Assembly (NCBI GenBank): GCA_965655095.1
Contig: OZ296650.1
Span: forward strand, 14,260,001-14,324,000
Reading direction: 5' to 3'
DNA: 64,000 nt
DNA from: Haplodiscus bocki
Taxonomy: Eukaryota
The stretch's first letter is position 1. The number at the start of each line of letters is the position of its first letter. Shown here one piece after another: positions 11,740 to 25,969 of the stretch. The translations under genes were made by a program, and so were the position numbers. Under the pieces are notes generated by a model that saw nothing but the letters and a program-made list of their open reading frames with translations, was not told where the DNA came from and ran no database searches.

Positions 11740-14700
11740 TCAATATCTGTAGTCGTCGTTGCCATTCGGTTTCGGATCATGGCTTGGATCATATTTTGCA
11801 CTGCGTAGATTACTATGGCTCAGGTTCAGTTGCTCTGAATTCGTATCCACATTAGTGCCAATGTAATGATTCATGTCCGTTCCGTCAGAAAATCCGCCTA
11901 TTTCAGGAAAAATTTCTCTGGAACTTTCTGGTGCTCCTCCTGGTGTTCTGCACCTTTCGACATTCGCGTCGTCACATTTTACTGTCTTTTCATCTGGGTT
12001 TTGTGGTCATGGTTCGCTTTGATTGTTGTCCATAACAGTCCTCCCGAAATCAAGCTCCCATTTTCTGGCGTCAAAACCATCTTGTTTAGTGATTACTTCA
12101 GAATCAAGTGTCCATTCTCGTTACGTGGTTTGCACAAGGGGTATGGGATCTCTAGGCGTGAACGGTCTTAATCGCATGCATGGAGCATTCGCGTTTTACT
12201 CGACCCGAATTTGGGTACCAAATAGTTCTTCTTTGGTAGAACTTTTTGATTGAAGTAGGGCCCAATCCAACGGAAGTCTGTAAAAAAATATACTGCCTTG
12301 ATGATCTGCTTGTGGTTACAGCGTATAAACGTAACCGCGCTCTTTAGGTTTAGGAGCGTTCGTTTTTCTCTTACTTTAGTTTCTGTAGTTGAAGTAAGCT
12401 TACATAGCGTTTTGGGATACATCTTGCAAAATTTTTTCTGTTTGCTCAAGGATTTCTTGGGCAATCTGGGAATTGTGTGTAGATTGTTCCTGTGGACAAA
12501 TGACTATTTTTAAGTCAAGGGCATTAGACAAAAGACGTCTGTGGAGTGCTTGACTCGGATCGCACCGAAAACCTGTGTAGTAGGACGTGTTGTAATCAAG
12601 AACTGCAAGGTTGACACACTTTTGCCACATTGACCTTCGTTCGCCTGTTTCATTTTTGAATGCTTTCCTTGAGGAAGCATGTGTACTTTCTAGCATCTCA
12701 ATTGTTTCCTCATGTTTCGTCGTGGCGTGTTCCAAAGTAATTCCGAGATCATCGGCTACTTCTTTGATTACTTGGGATACAAAGGCCGATCCCTTGTCAG
12801 AAATGATCGTTGTCGCCAAGTACGCATGCTTGGTCATGATGTTCAGTTGACTTTGCCAACTATTCTAGGGTCTTGGTTCATTGAAGGGTAGGCAACTAAG
12901 TATGTGGGAACCCCTCCGAGGCTGTCACTATGTTTTATTAGCTACAAGATGGAGGTGAATCTAGAACCAAACCAATTTACATGGCGTATTTTGGTCCTGT
13001 GTTAAACTCATGAGGGTTTTCCAGGGCAGGCGGTTGAGTCTGTTTCAGATTCGTGATTCCTTGGTGCCTTGCTCACACAACAAGACCCACTTCCTGATCA
13101 ATTCTACCATGCTATGGTAATGGTCATTGTGTCTGTGTGCAAATATTGTTTTGGCTTTTCCAGCATGTCTTCAAAATTCTCCGTCTAGGTTCCGGAGTAC
13201 TTCATTGATGCTTTGTTTTGGTATAAGGATTTTTATTTGTGACCTTAGCGGTTTCTGCGTAGCAGTTCCGGAAATTTAGGTCGTCTTATAGAAGTATGCG
13301 ATCCTCATCTGCTTTCTAGTGCTTGTATTGTCCATCTGTCATTATTCGCACTTTAGCAGAAGGTTGGCATAGTTTTTTGAGCTTAAAACACTTGATTACC
13401 AGATAGACATCTTGTTTTACTTTTCTTCGTGAATTTGTTTTGATTCCAATTATGGAAAACGATATAGTGTTTCCGTCAATCTTTCTGAGTTCCTTAATGC
13501 AAGTTCACAACAAGGAGGGTTCCCTATTTGCTGCCCAATCTTTCTCAGTTTGCCAGGACTGCTCTTTTTTGTACGGTTTAGTTTTCGTGACCCATTGTCG
13601 TTGTCTGCTTTTGTGAAAAAAATCTCTTCATCAGCGTCATCTGTGGAAGATGTGGTCTACTTGATTGTTGATGTGCGTATGTCTCCATCGATTTTGAAAC
13701 GGGTCTGCTCCAAAACTTTGAGTTCCGGCTGAGAAAGAAAGTAAGTTGCTGCGTTGACTGAGCCTAAATTGTGTGCTATTTTTAAGTTAGGTTGCAACAT
13801 GTAGTCACATGTGTCCCACATTTATGATAGAATTGTTTTTGTCTGGGAGAACCGCGTGACTGATTTGTTATCCAAAAATTGTTGGCTTTGTTGTTTCCTA
13901 ATAAATGTCTGCAAACTTGAGAAAAGCCATGAAAAATGAGAAAGTCTCTTTGGAGTAGGTTAACATTTTGAGTTGGGCTGGTGAGACGATTTTTGATCCA
14001 GGCGACACCGGGGAGTACTTTTTTCGCCTGGATTGGATTTCCTGGTCGATGTTATCCTCAATCATGACGGGCAAAACCAGCGAATCAGAAGATAGCATCA
14101 GTCATCCAAATAAAATGACTTCCTGGTTTGGGCTGTTTTAATGCAAGTTCACTAGCGCCTTTGAGCGCTTGATTGACTGAATCAAACGTTTCTTTGAGTT
14201 AGGAGTTTATGTTGATTGACGTTTCTGCTTTGATCAGATTCTAGAACCATGATCAGATTTTTCAACCATACTACAAGAAAAGTTCTGTAATTTTTCTTGA
14301 ACCCCAAATAGCGCAGCAAGTCGGTTTTTGATTTGGGGAAATTGATTCGCTAAGAAATTTTTGAATTTTCCGAGCTTGTGGTGAAATTCCTTTTGAAAAA
14401 ATGGTCCTGCCAAAAAAATCAAATTGTAAGACTCCAAAATGACACTTTTTTGTCAGTTTGACTTTGGTTTGGTGAATGCACTTGAAACGGCTAGAATGTT
14501 CTCGGTAAAATACGTAGTCCTAATTGCTGCAATCCGAATATCGTCCACGCTTCAAGCTCTTTGGTCAATTTTGAAAACTGGGTCCAAGGACTCGCGCATA
14601 AAACAAGGAAATGCAGACACAGATTGGCTTGGATCTTCTGCAAGTCTTTCGTAAGCAGAAGTTTTGCAAGCAAATTTGAATGCTAGCAGTTCCACTGACC

Positions 14701-17700
14701 GCTGGTCCGCCATTTGCCAACCATGATATGCTTAGGAGCAATCGAGCTTGCGGAAGAATTTTTTTTACCAAGTTTTGGGCCACGCCTGACAAAATGCTGA
14801 CTGGGTGATTATTGTTGGTGTAATTCTTTGCGGTCAAACTATTGATTTTCCTGGGACCCACAAGTAGATTTGGTTTCCCGTTGGGTTCTTCAGTGCAAGA
14901 ATTGGACTTGCGTACTTGGAAACATGCAGTACTGTATTGGGTCTACATGTTTGCATTGGAGCCAATTTAACAAACAGGTCTTGTTTCAGGTGAATTGGCA
15001 ATGGTAGGGTTTGACTTTAAACAACTTTTTGGTCCTTCGGTGTGAGGTTCACCTTGAACTGCGTTTTCATCCCAATGTCTATTCTGCGTCGGGCGAAAAT
15101 ATCATGGTACTTAACCAAAATGTCTTCCACTGCTTGTTTTTAGCTTCCGTAAGCAGTGTGTCAATCCAGTCAAATTGTTCAGGCACTTTCGTTTCAGGGT
15201 CTGTCTCACCTTGTGCGTTTAGATTTTTGTCCTTCAATTCGAGTAATTTTTTGAGGATTCGTGTTTATATTGGGTTTTGATCCTAATTTTGCCAAGACTT
15301 CCTAGCGTCGGAAACCATAATGTGTTTGTCTGATTTTCTGGTTTTTTTTCGCGCCAAGTAGCTCAATCAGGTAGGTAGTCTCATCCGGACAACCTTGCGG
15401 AATCACAGCGAGGATTGCCGTGACCACTGGTTTGATAAACTTGGATTGCTCCGGAGTAACTACGGAGAACTGGGCGAACTATGTATTCTTTATGATGAAG
15501 ATTGTAAGAAAGTTTGAGGAAAGTTGTGTTAGTTAGTGTTATTGCTACTTTCTTGTCAATTAATCTTGACGATGAATGGGAAATCAGCAGAATTGCTGTT
15601 TCAGTAAATTTCTCCAATGGGCTCACAGTACCTGTTATTTTCCAATCTGATGGTTGATCAACAAAGCCTGTGATTGTTTTCGTTCTCACGAGTTGTACTG
15701 TCAGGGTGTTACCAGTGAGGACAAATTGGGGTTTGGCATTTGTTTTGCTTGCTTCGAGTTTGACTTTCATTGTCAAAAAGCGAAAATGAATAAGACTTTG
15801 TGTAGTGTCAACGACTACACTTTTGTGTCCCATGAGGCGCAAACTTTTGAATGGGCCGGCCAAATTCTTCATTTCCATGAAATGTTCTGCAAAAATATGG
15901 TCTCCAGTATCAAATGTAAGTGTGGGTGTTTCTAAAACAGTTTTTTCTAACGGGCCATTTGATACTTGTTTTTGAAAAACCGGAGAATTGTTGATTTTGA
16001 AGAATTTAGAAGGGCTTGTTGTTTGAGCTTGTCCATTTCAATTTGGTCGGTTGCACTAAAATATGCTTGTGAATCCCATAGGGTTTTTATTGATAGGCCA
16101 TTCTTGAAACCCTGAAGCACATACAGCATATCTTTTTGTTTGACAATTACAGTGGAGAACAGTGGAAGATATAATTCAATGGTTTTTGCGTCTCTCACTA
16201 AACTTTCTTCGACCTGGGGGCTTGTTATTGTGTGAGAGAAAAATTGTAATCTCTTTCTACAACAGGTCCTGTGTGGTTATCGGTTTCTTGGGTTTCATTT
16301 GGGTAGTTCTTGGAACTGTTGTGAAACGGTACTAGTCTGATCCCACTCTGAATTTCTAGGAACCGTTCCCTTGCAATTCCGGAGTCTTGAGGTTGTAGTC
16401 TTTTTGGTGGCAACGTTTGATTTGCTACGTCAGATAGCTGCATGTTTTCAAGCTTTTGAGTCTTTTGAGTAGTTTGCAAAATCACTACGTCTATTATCTA
16501 ACGTGTGGTGGTTGACAGTCTTCTCTGCAGGTTCTTGTCAGGCAACCTCGGGAATCGGTGGAAGTTTCGTAGTTTTGGTCGTTTCCACTCTGTCAAGTGC
16601 AGTTCCGGAGTGACGACGTTGCGTTTGTAGTTTTTATTTCTGGCTGCAGTTTGGACAGGCACTCTCCCGTGCTTTTTGTGTGTTCTGTCGTTGAATCTGA
16701 CTTTGTCTTGTCAGTCTGTTTCTACCAAGGAGGTTGGTTGTTTGCTGCGTTGGCTCCAGAAGGACAGTTCTTTGTAAAATGGTTCACTTTGCCACATGTC
16801 TCACATGGTGTGTAGTCAGTTCTTGGTTTTCTGTTATTTCGGTTGTTTGTATTGTTATTGTTGCTTTTGGTGACGTTATTGTTGTTCAAGTGAGAGTTTG
16901 TTTGACCATTCTTATTATTGCGAGGACTATTTTTGGTGCCTATTATTGGTCTTCCTCTCCTGAAGTGACGGCATTGATTTCGATTGTGACTTAGCAATTT
17001 GTGGTAAACACATGTCGGCTTAGATTTTTCGGAGACTGGTTTTGTGGCATGTTGCGTCACAGTGTCCATTTGATGTTTGTCTGGGGCTTCTAAACCGTTC
17101 AGTTCTAGCTCCTTTTCAGGTTGTGAGACAAACTTTTTATAGGTGGCGTTCTTCATTTGGACCTGATATATGTACTTCCTCAGGAGTGGATGCATCTTGG
17201 CTTATATGAGCTGCTCAAAAAACGATTGGGTAGCAACTCCGAACGCGTCTTTTGCTGATTACAGGAAATCTTCCAGGAAACTAATTAACATCTCGTTCGC
17301 TGAAATGAAGACTATCGGTTGAAATTTGTAAATTGCCGTAGCCATTGACAGCGGTTTCACGTTTAATAGACAGAAAAACCTCAAGATTTCATCCCGAAGT
17401 CCCTACATTGGGGCTGTTGATGATTTTCAACGTCCGCATTGTATCACCGCGCATGAGAGAGTGAAAACAATTTGTTCTGTCTTCTTCTGTCTCCTGGATG
17501 TGGGTTCTGAAATTAGGTTGGAACAGATCTTCGAAGAAATCAATTTTTTCTGATTTTCCATCGCTGACTATTGTTGTGGTCAGGGTTTCAGGCAGTTCTG
17601 AAATTCTGTTGATGTTGTTGTTGATGTTGGTGGATTTTGTTAATGCTCGCCACTTGTTGAAAGGCCAACAAAATGTGATCTGCTTCGATTGGCGCCAGGG

Positions 17701-17940
17701 TGTTTTCACTGAGAAATTGTGGCTGACTTGTGGAGCTCGACTTCTTTTCTTTCCTTATAGAAGTCCATGGGAAGCAATAGGAAACATCTTTTTGATCTCC
17801 TGTTACCATGCGAGGGATGTTCTTTGGGTCTGAATCAATTGAATGAACGAACTAATGGACTGGGGATCCAACTTCTGGATGAGGATCATTCTGGGAGCGA
17901 TCCCCACTTCCTCGTTTTCTACTTCTGCGTGCGTCGTAGT
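11740..17940 (-). mobile_element. Degenerate Ty3/Gypsy LTR retrotransposon internal region (gag-PR-RT-RH-IN)
   Basis: Gag with Zn knuckles (CETCGKVNHFTKNC, 16722-17195), protease remnant TLWDSQAY (15947-16198), RT remnant NYTNNNHPVSIL (14565-14861), RNase H remnant SKIVSPAQLKMLTYSKE (13898-14098), integrase IISDKGSAFVSQVIKEVA..HATTKH..LAVLDYNTSY (12400-12837), and a pol end ..NDDYRY* at 11740. Many stops and frameshifts. No matching LTR pair found. Confidence 0.92.
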
Positions 17941-20704
17941 TTCCGGTAATGATCTGGATTGTGTCCGTACCTGTGGGTTCAAGTGAAATTCGTCTAGTTT
18001 AGACAGAGCACACGAAATGCGGAACTCTCTCCTGTTGAATTCCTAGGACAAATTTTAAATGACTCTGCCTTCAATTTATTGAAAAACTTGTGTTAAAGAT
18101 TACTCGTTCATTCTCGCAAAGTACTTGTTTCGTGACTGGCCCTTCCAAGGATATTCCTATGGTGTTTCTCTTGCAATGGCTGCCAACTTCCGTTTGTTTC
18201 TCAGTATTGCCATTTTTTGAAAGTAAAATGCTCATTAAGTATGAAGACTGAATTATGTCGGTTTTTTGAACAAACTGAAGGGTACAAGAAAATGTGACTC
18301 ACTTAAAATTTACCTACTTCCAATATTGACAGTCAATTGGTATCAAAACGTGCTAAAAGCATTCTTAAAATAAAGTACTCTCGTTTCCACTTTTTATACA
18401 CTTCACTGGTGGTAAATAAAAAACATTACACGCCAATTCAAGGTAAAAATAGAGAAAAGCATTTTACTCATAAAACCTATAAACAAAAGAAAACAATTTT
18501 GGCGCAAAAAAGCAAAAACAACTTCCATCAAGGTCTTCACTCATCAACCGCGTTTTTTCCATCCTTCGAGGGGAAAAGTTACGGCTAAGCTTTCAAAAAT
18601 GGACATCAAAGTGCTTTTTCCCGCGCCGCCAAAAAAATCTTAGTACAAAAGACAGATCAAAAAGATTTTCCACAATTGGAAAAAATTAAAAAATTCGTTT
18701 AACAATTTATTTAAAATTATAAAAACTCAAAACTTGATGCCTAAAAATTGCTTTGAGCTCAATCGCTTAATTTAAGGAGGATGCGGGCTGGAAATAGGAG
18801 TGCTCCCAGTCCGTTCCTCAATTCTGAGTCTCGGCTCCACGTTTCCACTAAGCGGTTCTGGTAGCAGCATGTAGTTTAATGAAAAAAATGAGTGAATTCG
18901 CAACTGTTTTGTATTTGTCCAAAAGGGCATTGCATCATAGCACGGCAATTTGGAATGATTTTTAGTGATATCATCAGATTGTTAGCGACGGAACACGTAC
19001 GGAACAATTATTGAATTTTGAAGTCACGTTTTCTACACTACAAACGCAAAAACAGAAGTGCATTGAGCGCGTCAATATAACTGAATTACTGTACACTAGC
19101 TCTTAATAAGGTGGATTTACATTGAATAAAATCATAAATTAATATAAATAGAGCACCTTTGAAAAAGTAAGTGAACAGTTAGCTGAAGATCCGTTTGTTT
19201 CTCAACGACTCCGTCCCTAGTTGGATCAGTAATCGGGGGTGATACGTATATAAAACGTGTCAGTCACATGAAATGGATTTATCATTTTTATAAAACATAT
19301 AGTTCCTTACTTTAACTAGTTTTACTTAGTCCCTTAACAATCCGGGAATGGTTTTTTTTTCGTTTAGCTGCACTTGACATCAGGCTTTGCAGATATGCCG
19401 CAACATTAAACATAAACAATACACTCAGAGTTTTGAGCTATTTCCGCGTCGTCGTGATGTTCTCTCGTTTCTTATCAGACTGTTCCCGGAAATACTCTCA
19501 AGAACCCCGTTCCACACGAGAAAAATGTTTCAAATGCCGCAGCCATGAAAACAACCTATCACCGCAGGAAACTATTCAGAGAGAATTGATCCCACCTAAA
19601 CACAATCTTAGAGGGCAAATGTGTGCTTTCTTTAACTTATGGCTTATCCAAACGCATTGCAGTATCAATTTGCCTTGTAGAATTGATAAAAAGTGCTTCT
19701 TGAACTACGCAGTGGCTGGCAGTTTGAAAGTACAACTGTACGTCTCAGTAGTATTTCGACCTCAATTGCCGCAGACCAGACTGCCGCCTGTGATGGCCTA
19801 ACTTACACAATCAACTCTGACAGTCAAAACGGCAAAATTAAAAAATACAGCTGCTGAAGCCTGACCACGTTTTGTTAAACGAGGATGCTACGTAAATTAT
19901 AAGCATACAACTTTTTATTACGCTACCTCAGGTTGTCCATTGAAAGTCCAGCGAAAGCATTATTTGGTCAATAGACGGTCATAGTGACCATCCTTTGACC
20001 ACTGAACGCTGAAATTAAATCAATCAGGTGCATGAAGTTTGACGATAACATTTGTGTCATGTTTATTACAATAATACTTAACGAAGTCTGAGAATATAAT
20101 ATTCAGGAACTCCCCCCACGCATGACCACAAACACCCCTAGTGGCCAATTACAACTCACAAGGAGTACTGAATCCCTTGACCCGAGAACTTTACATTATG
20201 GATCACATATGGGTTCGTGTTTTTATTAATTTCCAACTTCCATCTTTTTTACTTATATATTCTGCTGGTCATGATTGTTCGGCAGTTCCCTCTTTGACGT
20301 TTTACTCAGTTGCTAATTTTGTATTGAAGTCACAATGTTGCAATGTCATACGCGGAATAAGTCCTTCGATGTTTTATTATGGTTAGAGTTATAGTTATGA
20401 TTTCAGGAAATTGATCCTACCGATTAGCTGACGAACATGAGGTCAAAACGGGGAACTGAGTTTCGAACCTGACTTGAATTTGCAATCAGAGAGAAATCTA
20501 ACGCTTCTACGAAACAGTTGAGCAGAATTATCGATTGAAAACCTTCTGAACATTTTTGCAAGGCAATTGACCAAAGATTTCATCTAAATTGAAAACTTTC
20601 AATATAAAGTGGTCCTTTTGTTCATTTGTTCTCGTACTTGAATGATTCATCGTTTGTTTACTTTATTGTTGATATTTCAAGTGCAATTCATCTACTAAAA
20701 GAAT

Positions 20705-21270
20705 CTTGGTTTCCACTTGTAAAAAAGACAGTCAAATACAAGGCTTTTCAGCCAGTTAGACGACTTCAACCAAGATATGAATATCGGCCACACTTTGAGC
20801 GTTAGGCAAATATTGTTATAGTCAGTGAAAGTACCGTTGATCATGAATTTACCGTTAGTAATTGTGGCAGTAATTCAGCAGCCAATGAGAATTTGGTGAA
20901 TGTGAAAATCTTGGAACGATGCTTTAATGTAAGGATTGATATGAAAATGCTTAATTTTGTTGACACTGTCGAAGACGGGATCCAAAACGCAATTTTGACC
21001 ACAATTGATAGTAATATTACTCCCGAAAGCGAATTAGCAATTAGGTCAATGAACGCGTCCTCTGGACGAGATGCGACCGGTGTCACGGCAAATTCAGAAC
21101 GTGCGGAACACATAATGATTACTGTTTCTTTCGAAAACAACGTATCCGAAAGAAATACTACACTACATGTGTTTAAAACGAATGATGAGTCTCGAGATTA
21201 TATTCCAGACAAGATAAGTGAATTATCGGCCCCAGGAGCACATTTGACCGGCAACCACAGGTTCATCACA
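20705..21270 (+). pseudogene. Isolated decayed ORF, possibly the N-terminal part of an LTR-retrotransposon gag
   Basis: ORF 20893-21381 (LERCFNVRIDMKMLNFVDTVEDGIQNAILT...) is preceded by a basic KKRQSNTRLFSQLDD segment. No splice or gene context. The identity is inference only. Confidence 0.3.
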
Positions 21271-23039
21271 TCAATTCAGCTCCATCTGTTCCCGCCAATT
21301 AATCAGAGCTCACAGGAAGTCTTTTTCTCATTGAGATATTTTCTAAGAAAAGTTTATTGGAGAATAAAAACGAAAAGTTAGTTTCAATCAGTACTTTTCT
21401 TGTTTGTGCTAACTTTCAACTTTCATAAAGTCCTAAATTGTTTTTGTACGTTGTTCAATTGTACATAAAATTGTTGTTTTAGTCCGATCTCAAGCTTTAA
21501 CTGGTAGCATAAACGGTCCAACTGTTTTAGTGTTTTCGTTGCATTGAGAAAGTGACAAAAACTTTGATGATACCACGGCTTTTTTTCAGATTTACAACGG
21601 TTGTAATCGAGTGCTAAGCATTTTTCTTTGCTCATTGGATCTCCAATATGGTGGGTTTCATCATTTTAACGTATTAAGTAATAAGGGTGATCATTTGTAA
21701 TTTTTCTGGAAGTTTTCGGAAAACATTTACTGAAAACATTTATACAGGAAGTTAGGTACCATCTCGATTTCTTCCAACTTCTTTAAAATGGCAACAATGT
21801 TTTTGTCGAAATTGGTTGTAATTTTGCTACTGCAAATAAAAACTGATGGCATATTTGCTGTTTTATATTGAACTAACGAAGAGTTTTGGTGCAATAGTAC
21901 AGGTGGAATGGAAGAGAAAATGAACGTGCTTCCTGAGCACGGAGTTGCTAATGTGTCAATGACAAATCATAACATTTGAGCTTCCAATCAACACTATACC
22001 GCCATGATCTTCTCGCATGTTTCTTCATGTTCTGTTCATCCACCAAAAAATGATTCCTTTGGGCGTTCTAGAAGTTTCCTTGGAATTCTGATTGGTATAT
22101 ACTTTGAGCAGTGGTTTACAAGAACAAATGCGCTGTTTTCTCACGCAAACTCGCTAATCTAGTGACGGTAAATCATAGCATCTCATCTCCCAATCGACCC
22201 TTTCGTGACCTATTTCCACCGAAATCCGTACTCACCCCGCTACGCCTAAATGCGATGAGCGAAGTTCATAAAATCTTTCTTAGATATGATGGACTTCCCA
22301 TATGTATTGGTGTGGTAATTTCATAAGGAGAACAAGATATACTGAGCTTGTTTAACAAACAACGTGATATTTTCGTGGCGGTGTATCTTGACACCAGTTT
22401 TGTACAATTGACCTCCACTTTGTTTGAATAAAGGAAAAAAATATCTTTTGTTCTCGGATTGTTATGTCAGAATGAATTTGATGGAGATTGTTCGAAGGAA
22501 TGGTTTTTTTAAAAGTTTTTCCGCGTTTGCTGTCTATAACCGCGCATCGTCTCAATTCAGTTTTGATCTCGTATTTGGACGACACAATGCCTGGATTGTA
22601 AGCGCCGGAGGATATCGTAGATAGTCCAAGTGTCTTGGTTTGAATCAGTGTAAGAAAAAAGCAGCCGCGCGTATATTCTATCGCGTTACGCATAACGCTT
22701 AAACGTTAATTAATTAAAATATGAGTGATTAATTAAAGCTAACCTTGTGAGGGGCTGTCATCGGGTATAAAATTGCTGGATGAATAAAAAAGCTGAACAA
22801 ATAAACCAATGGAGTTGCATAAATAATTTTTACAAAAAAATCTAACGCGAGCTTTTTTTTATTGGCTCCCGCTGCCGATCCATGCTGATACAAGCTTTTT
22901 TCTTATTGGTTGCATGATATGGCAGCATGCTGTTATTTTGGAGTCGATCTGGGAAACGGACTTGAACATAACTCACTTTCCCGTTCAGCGGACGGGACGC
23001 CTTACTCCTCTTCTGACTTGCTTACTTTACTTCTCCCTT

Positions 23040-23445
23040 TTACTTGGACAAAATTATTCTAAGTCCAACTCCCTTTCTCCCTTTTACTTCTTTGGACAAA
23101 AATTTTCTAAGTCCAACTCCTCTTCTCTGTTGGAGAAAATTTTCTAAGTCCAATTCTCTCTCTTCCCCTCTTGGACAAAATTATTCTAAGTCCAAACTCC
23201 GATTTCGCTAAAATATTCTAAGACAAATTCAAACTTTGTCTTAGTCGCAATTTCTTTCCCACTTTGCAAAATTACTCTAAGACAAATTCAAACTTTGTCT
23301 TAACCGCAATTTCATTCCCACTTCGCAAAATTATTCTAAGACAATTCTAAAATCTCTCTTAGCCGCAATTTCATTTCAACACTACAAAAAATATTCTAAG
23401 TCCCATTTTCCTCTTGACTTAGAAAAATTCCCTTCCTTTCATTTA
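23040..23445. repeat. Tandem array of 8 units sharing the core aaaatt(a/t)ttctaag(t/a)c, each with an internal inverted repeat
   Basis: Four 35-47-bp units (ttggac..ttctaagtccaa) followed by ~59-bp units (ctaagacaaa-ttcaaac-tttgtcttag). Confidence 0.9.
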
Positions 23446-25589
23446 CCTTTTACATACTCTTGCCATTGGAGTCTAAACGATGTCCACTGACGCTAGCTTC
23501 GGCATTGGCGTGTGCGGGTTCCGTGGATGAACTTATGTTCTGAAGCTTGAGTGGATCTTAAATATGCACGACCCCCCACGAGGTTCTTAGGCAAAGAGAA
23601 TTGACATTACTCATAGATCATTCTCACCTCGTCTGCTTCCATGGTCTTTAGAATTTATTCTAAATTGCGAGTTATGGATTAAATACGCAGAAACCGTCCC
23701 TTCCTGATTCCCATAATTCCATTCTTTGAGTTGATTTGAAATCTCCTACCCAATTCTTTCGCAAGTCAGATTTACAAGAGGAGAGTCCCTGAGTTATCGG
23801 CAGATCACCCAGCTCCATCGACGGTAACCGTTAGTTAAACAGTTTCCTAGTTCAGACTGAGTGTATCTCTCTGATCAACTTTAATATTTCATAAATCCCT
23901 TCCGTAACACCCGGTAGACAAAGTTCTCGGTTGGAAAAAAAGGGAACTAAGAGAATATCACCAGGTTGCCGCTAAAAGCGAGTTTTCACCTGAGTAATAG
24001 ACAAAATTAAAACAAATCAAGCCCCGCCAATAAATCCGGTGATTTATTCACGGTTTGGACAATCGGGAAATTAGGAGCACAACCAGTTGCTGTGCTGAAG
24101 CCAGTACTGAGTGTAGACAAAAATTATAGAGGTTATATATGACATAACATTAACTAACAAACTAGAAATAACAAAAATTTAAGCCCGACCCCCGAAAAAC
24201 CAAAGCTAGAAAAGTAGAAGAACCAAACTCTTCTACCTAGCTCCAAACAACCAAAAAAATTATTACCTCTCTCTGTAATTGATTCCAACAACGGTTATTG
24301 GAAGTTTTATAGCTTATATCTTACATTTTTAGTCAATTTAATCTATGTCATTGGAATTTTGGTTAATCTTATTTATGCTGAAAATTTTGTAAGTTTTATC
24401 AGATCTCTTTTGTAAAATCAGTGTTCCTCATTTTTATTATTAATTTTTTTGAGGATTACGTTTAATAAATCTTCCGAGTTGATAAAGAATTTCGAACGGC
24501 GCTGTAATCTTCGGAGTTATGCTCAGTTGCGGGAATTTAAAGGAAAATTTTGTAGAAAGAATTTATAACTACAATCGTTTTCTTGCTAAATTTTGTTGCT
24601 AATTTTATGTAACTGTGTTATGCGCAAACACTGGAATAGATGACTACTCATTTCATCTCCCACTTTTATCGCTCATCTGAGGCTTTAATCATCATCCATT
24701 AGCGCAGTTTTTTCATTCCCCATTTGATTATATTTGTTCCCTCGGCTGACTGAATAATTGACTATTTCATTTTCTATTTTCCCTGCATCGCTCATAAAGT
24801 CCTTGCTTTGAACTTACGCAATTTTTGTTCGCGAGGCCTGCAAGGCACCTGAAAGTAGATCGATAAAGGCCCCTGAGACTTATTTTCATTAGACAAAAGA
24901 AAGGCCGCGGCGCCACCGCTGTATTGATTCAGACAACAAAAGGAAAGCTAAACATCTGCAGCACTAAGCGAGAAAGAAAATTAGAACCAGAAACAGAATT
25001 AAATTCAAGTATTAAATCTACTTTCCGCATGCTAGCAGTTATCTAGCATCCCCCTACTCGGCCTGCGACAATTCGCGACGTGGCAGCTAAGATATTAAAA
25101 CCTACTGATAAGACTGAAACTTTTACCGTCGCCAATGCACCAAAACTAACATGTTGTAGTTGTTTTTGTCGGAATCAACAATGGTTGATTCTAAATCAAG
25201 TTCACCCGTTTCTAGAATCAGCATACTAAGTATCAAGTACCCACCGGAAAAATTTCAAGAACTTCTTGACAAAACGCTTATGAATTATGAAACAGGGAAC
25301 AGAAATTCAGCACAGACTGACCACAACAAAATTTGATTCAGAAGGACTTCGCAACTAGAAACTCCACTACGGGCCTGAAAATGGAAGAAACTAAAAGAAT
25401 TGGACGTTGACGAACATCAATCGGGGAGCCACTGACCCAATCAAGTCTGGCCTAATCCCTGTGCCCCCCCCCCCCCCACTGAAGCACTACTAATTCTTAA
25501 TTTTAATCGTGTTTCCCTCTTTTTCACTAGAATTTATTCAAAATTTCGATGTGATAGAGGAGAAAGCAGAGAAAAGAGAGGAAGAACAA

Positions 25590-25657
25590 AAACAAGAAGA
25601 AGAAGAAAAATAGCAACGACAACAACAACAACATTAACAACAACAACAACAACAACA
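25590..25657. repeat. Compound (AAG)n/(AAC)n microsatellite
   Basis: Directly visible. Confidence 0.85.
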
Positions 25658-25969
25658 TGTAATTTTCTTCCTTTTGAAGCAGTGTATAACGTAAAATTTG
25701 GAAAAAGACGTTTGCTCAAAAATAAGGTGACACTATACATGGTTATGTAGAGAGGTGAGAAAGAACCTCAATTTGATCGTCAAAACGGGAAATCAAACTG
25801 TAGGTGTACAAAACAATAGAACAAACGAAAGGCGCAGTGAAACTGTGAGATTTTTCGTCAAAGGGTTGCAAAAAAACTGATCGAACATACAACAACTCAC
25901 CTTCACAAAGCATTCCAAAACAACTCCGGACGGAAGTTTTGTAGAAAGAATTCAGGCAGGTAGCTTCAG

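Noticed and set aside
18200-18420. Candidate PBS and 5' LTR of the Gypsy element
   Set aside because: A tggca PBS-like sequence is present on the - strand, but I found no matching second LTR.
20445-20480. B-box-like ggttcgaaac on the - strand (a similar one lies at ~41195-41220)
   Set aside because: No convincing A-box or cloverleaf.
23040-23445. CRISPR-like repeat/spacer appearance
   Set aside because: The spacers are low-complexity and related to each other, unit lengths are irregular, there are no cas genes, and the context is eukaryotic.
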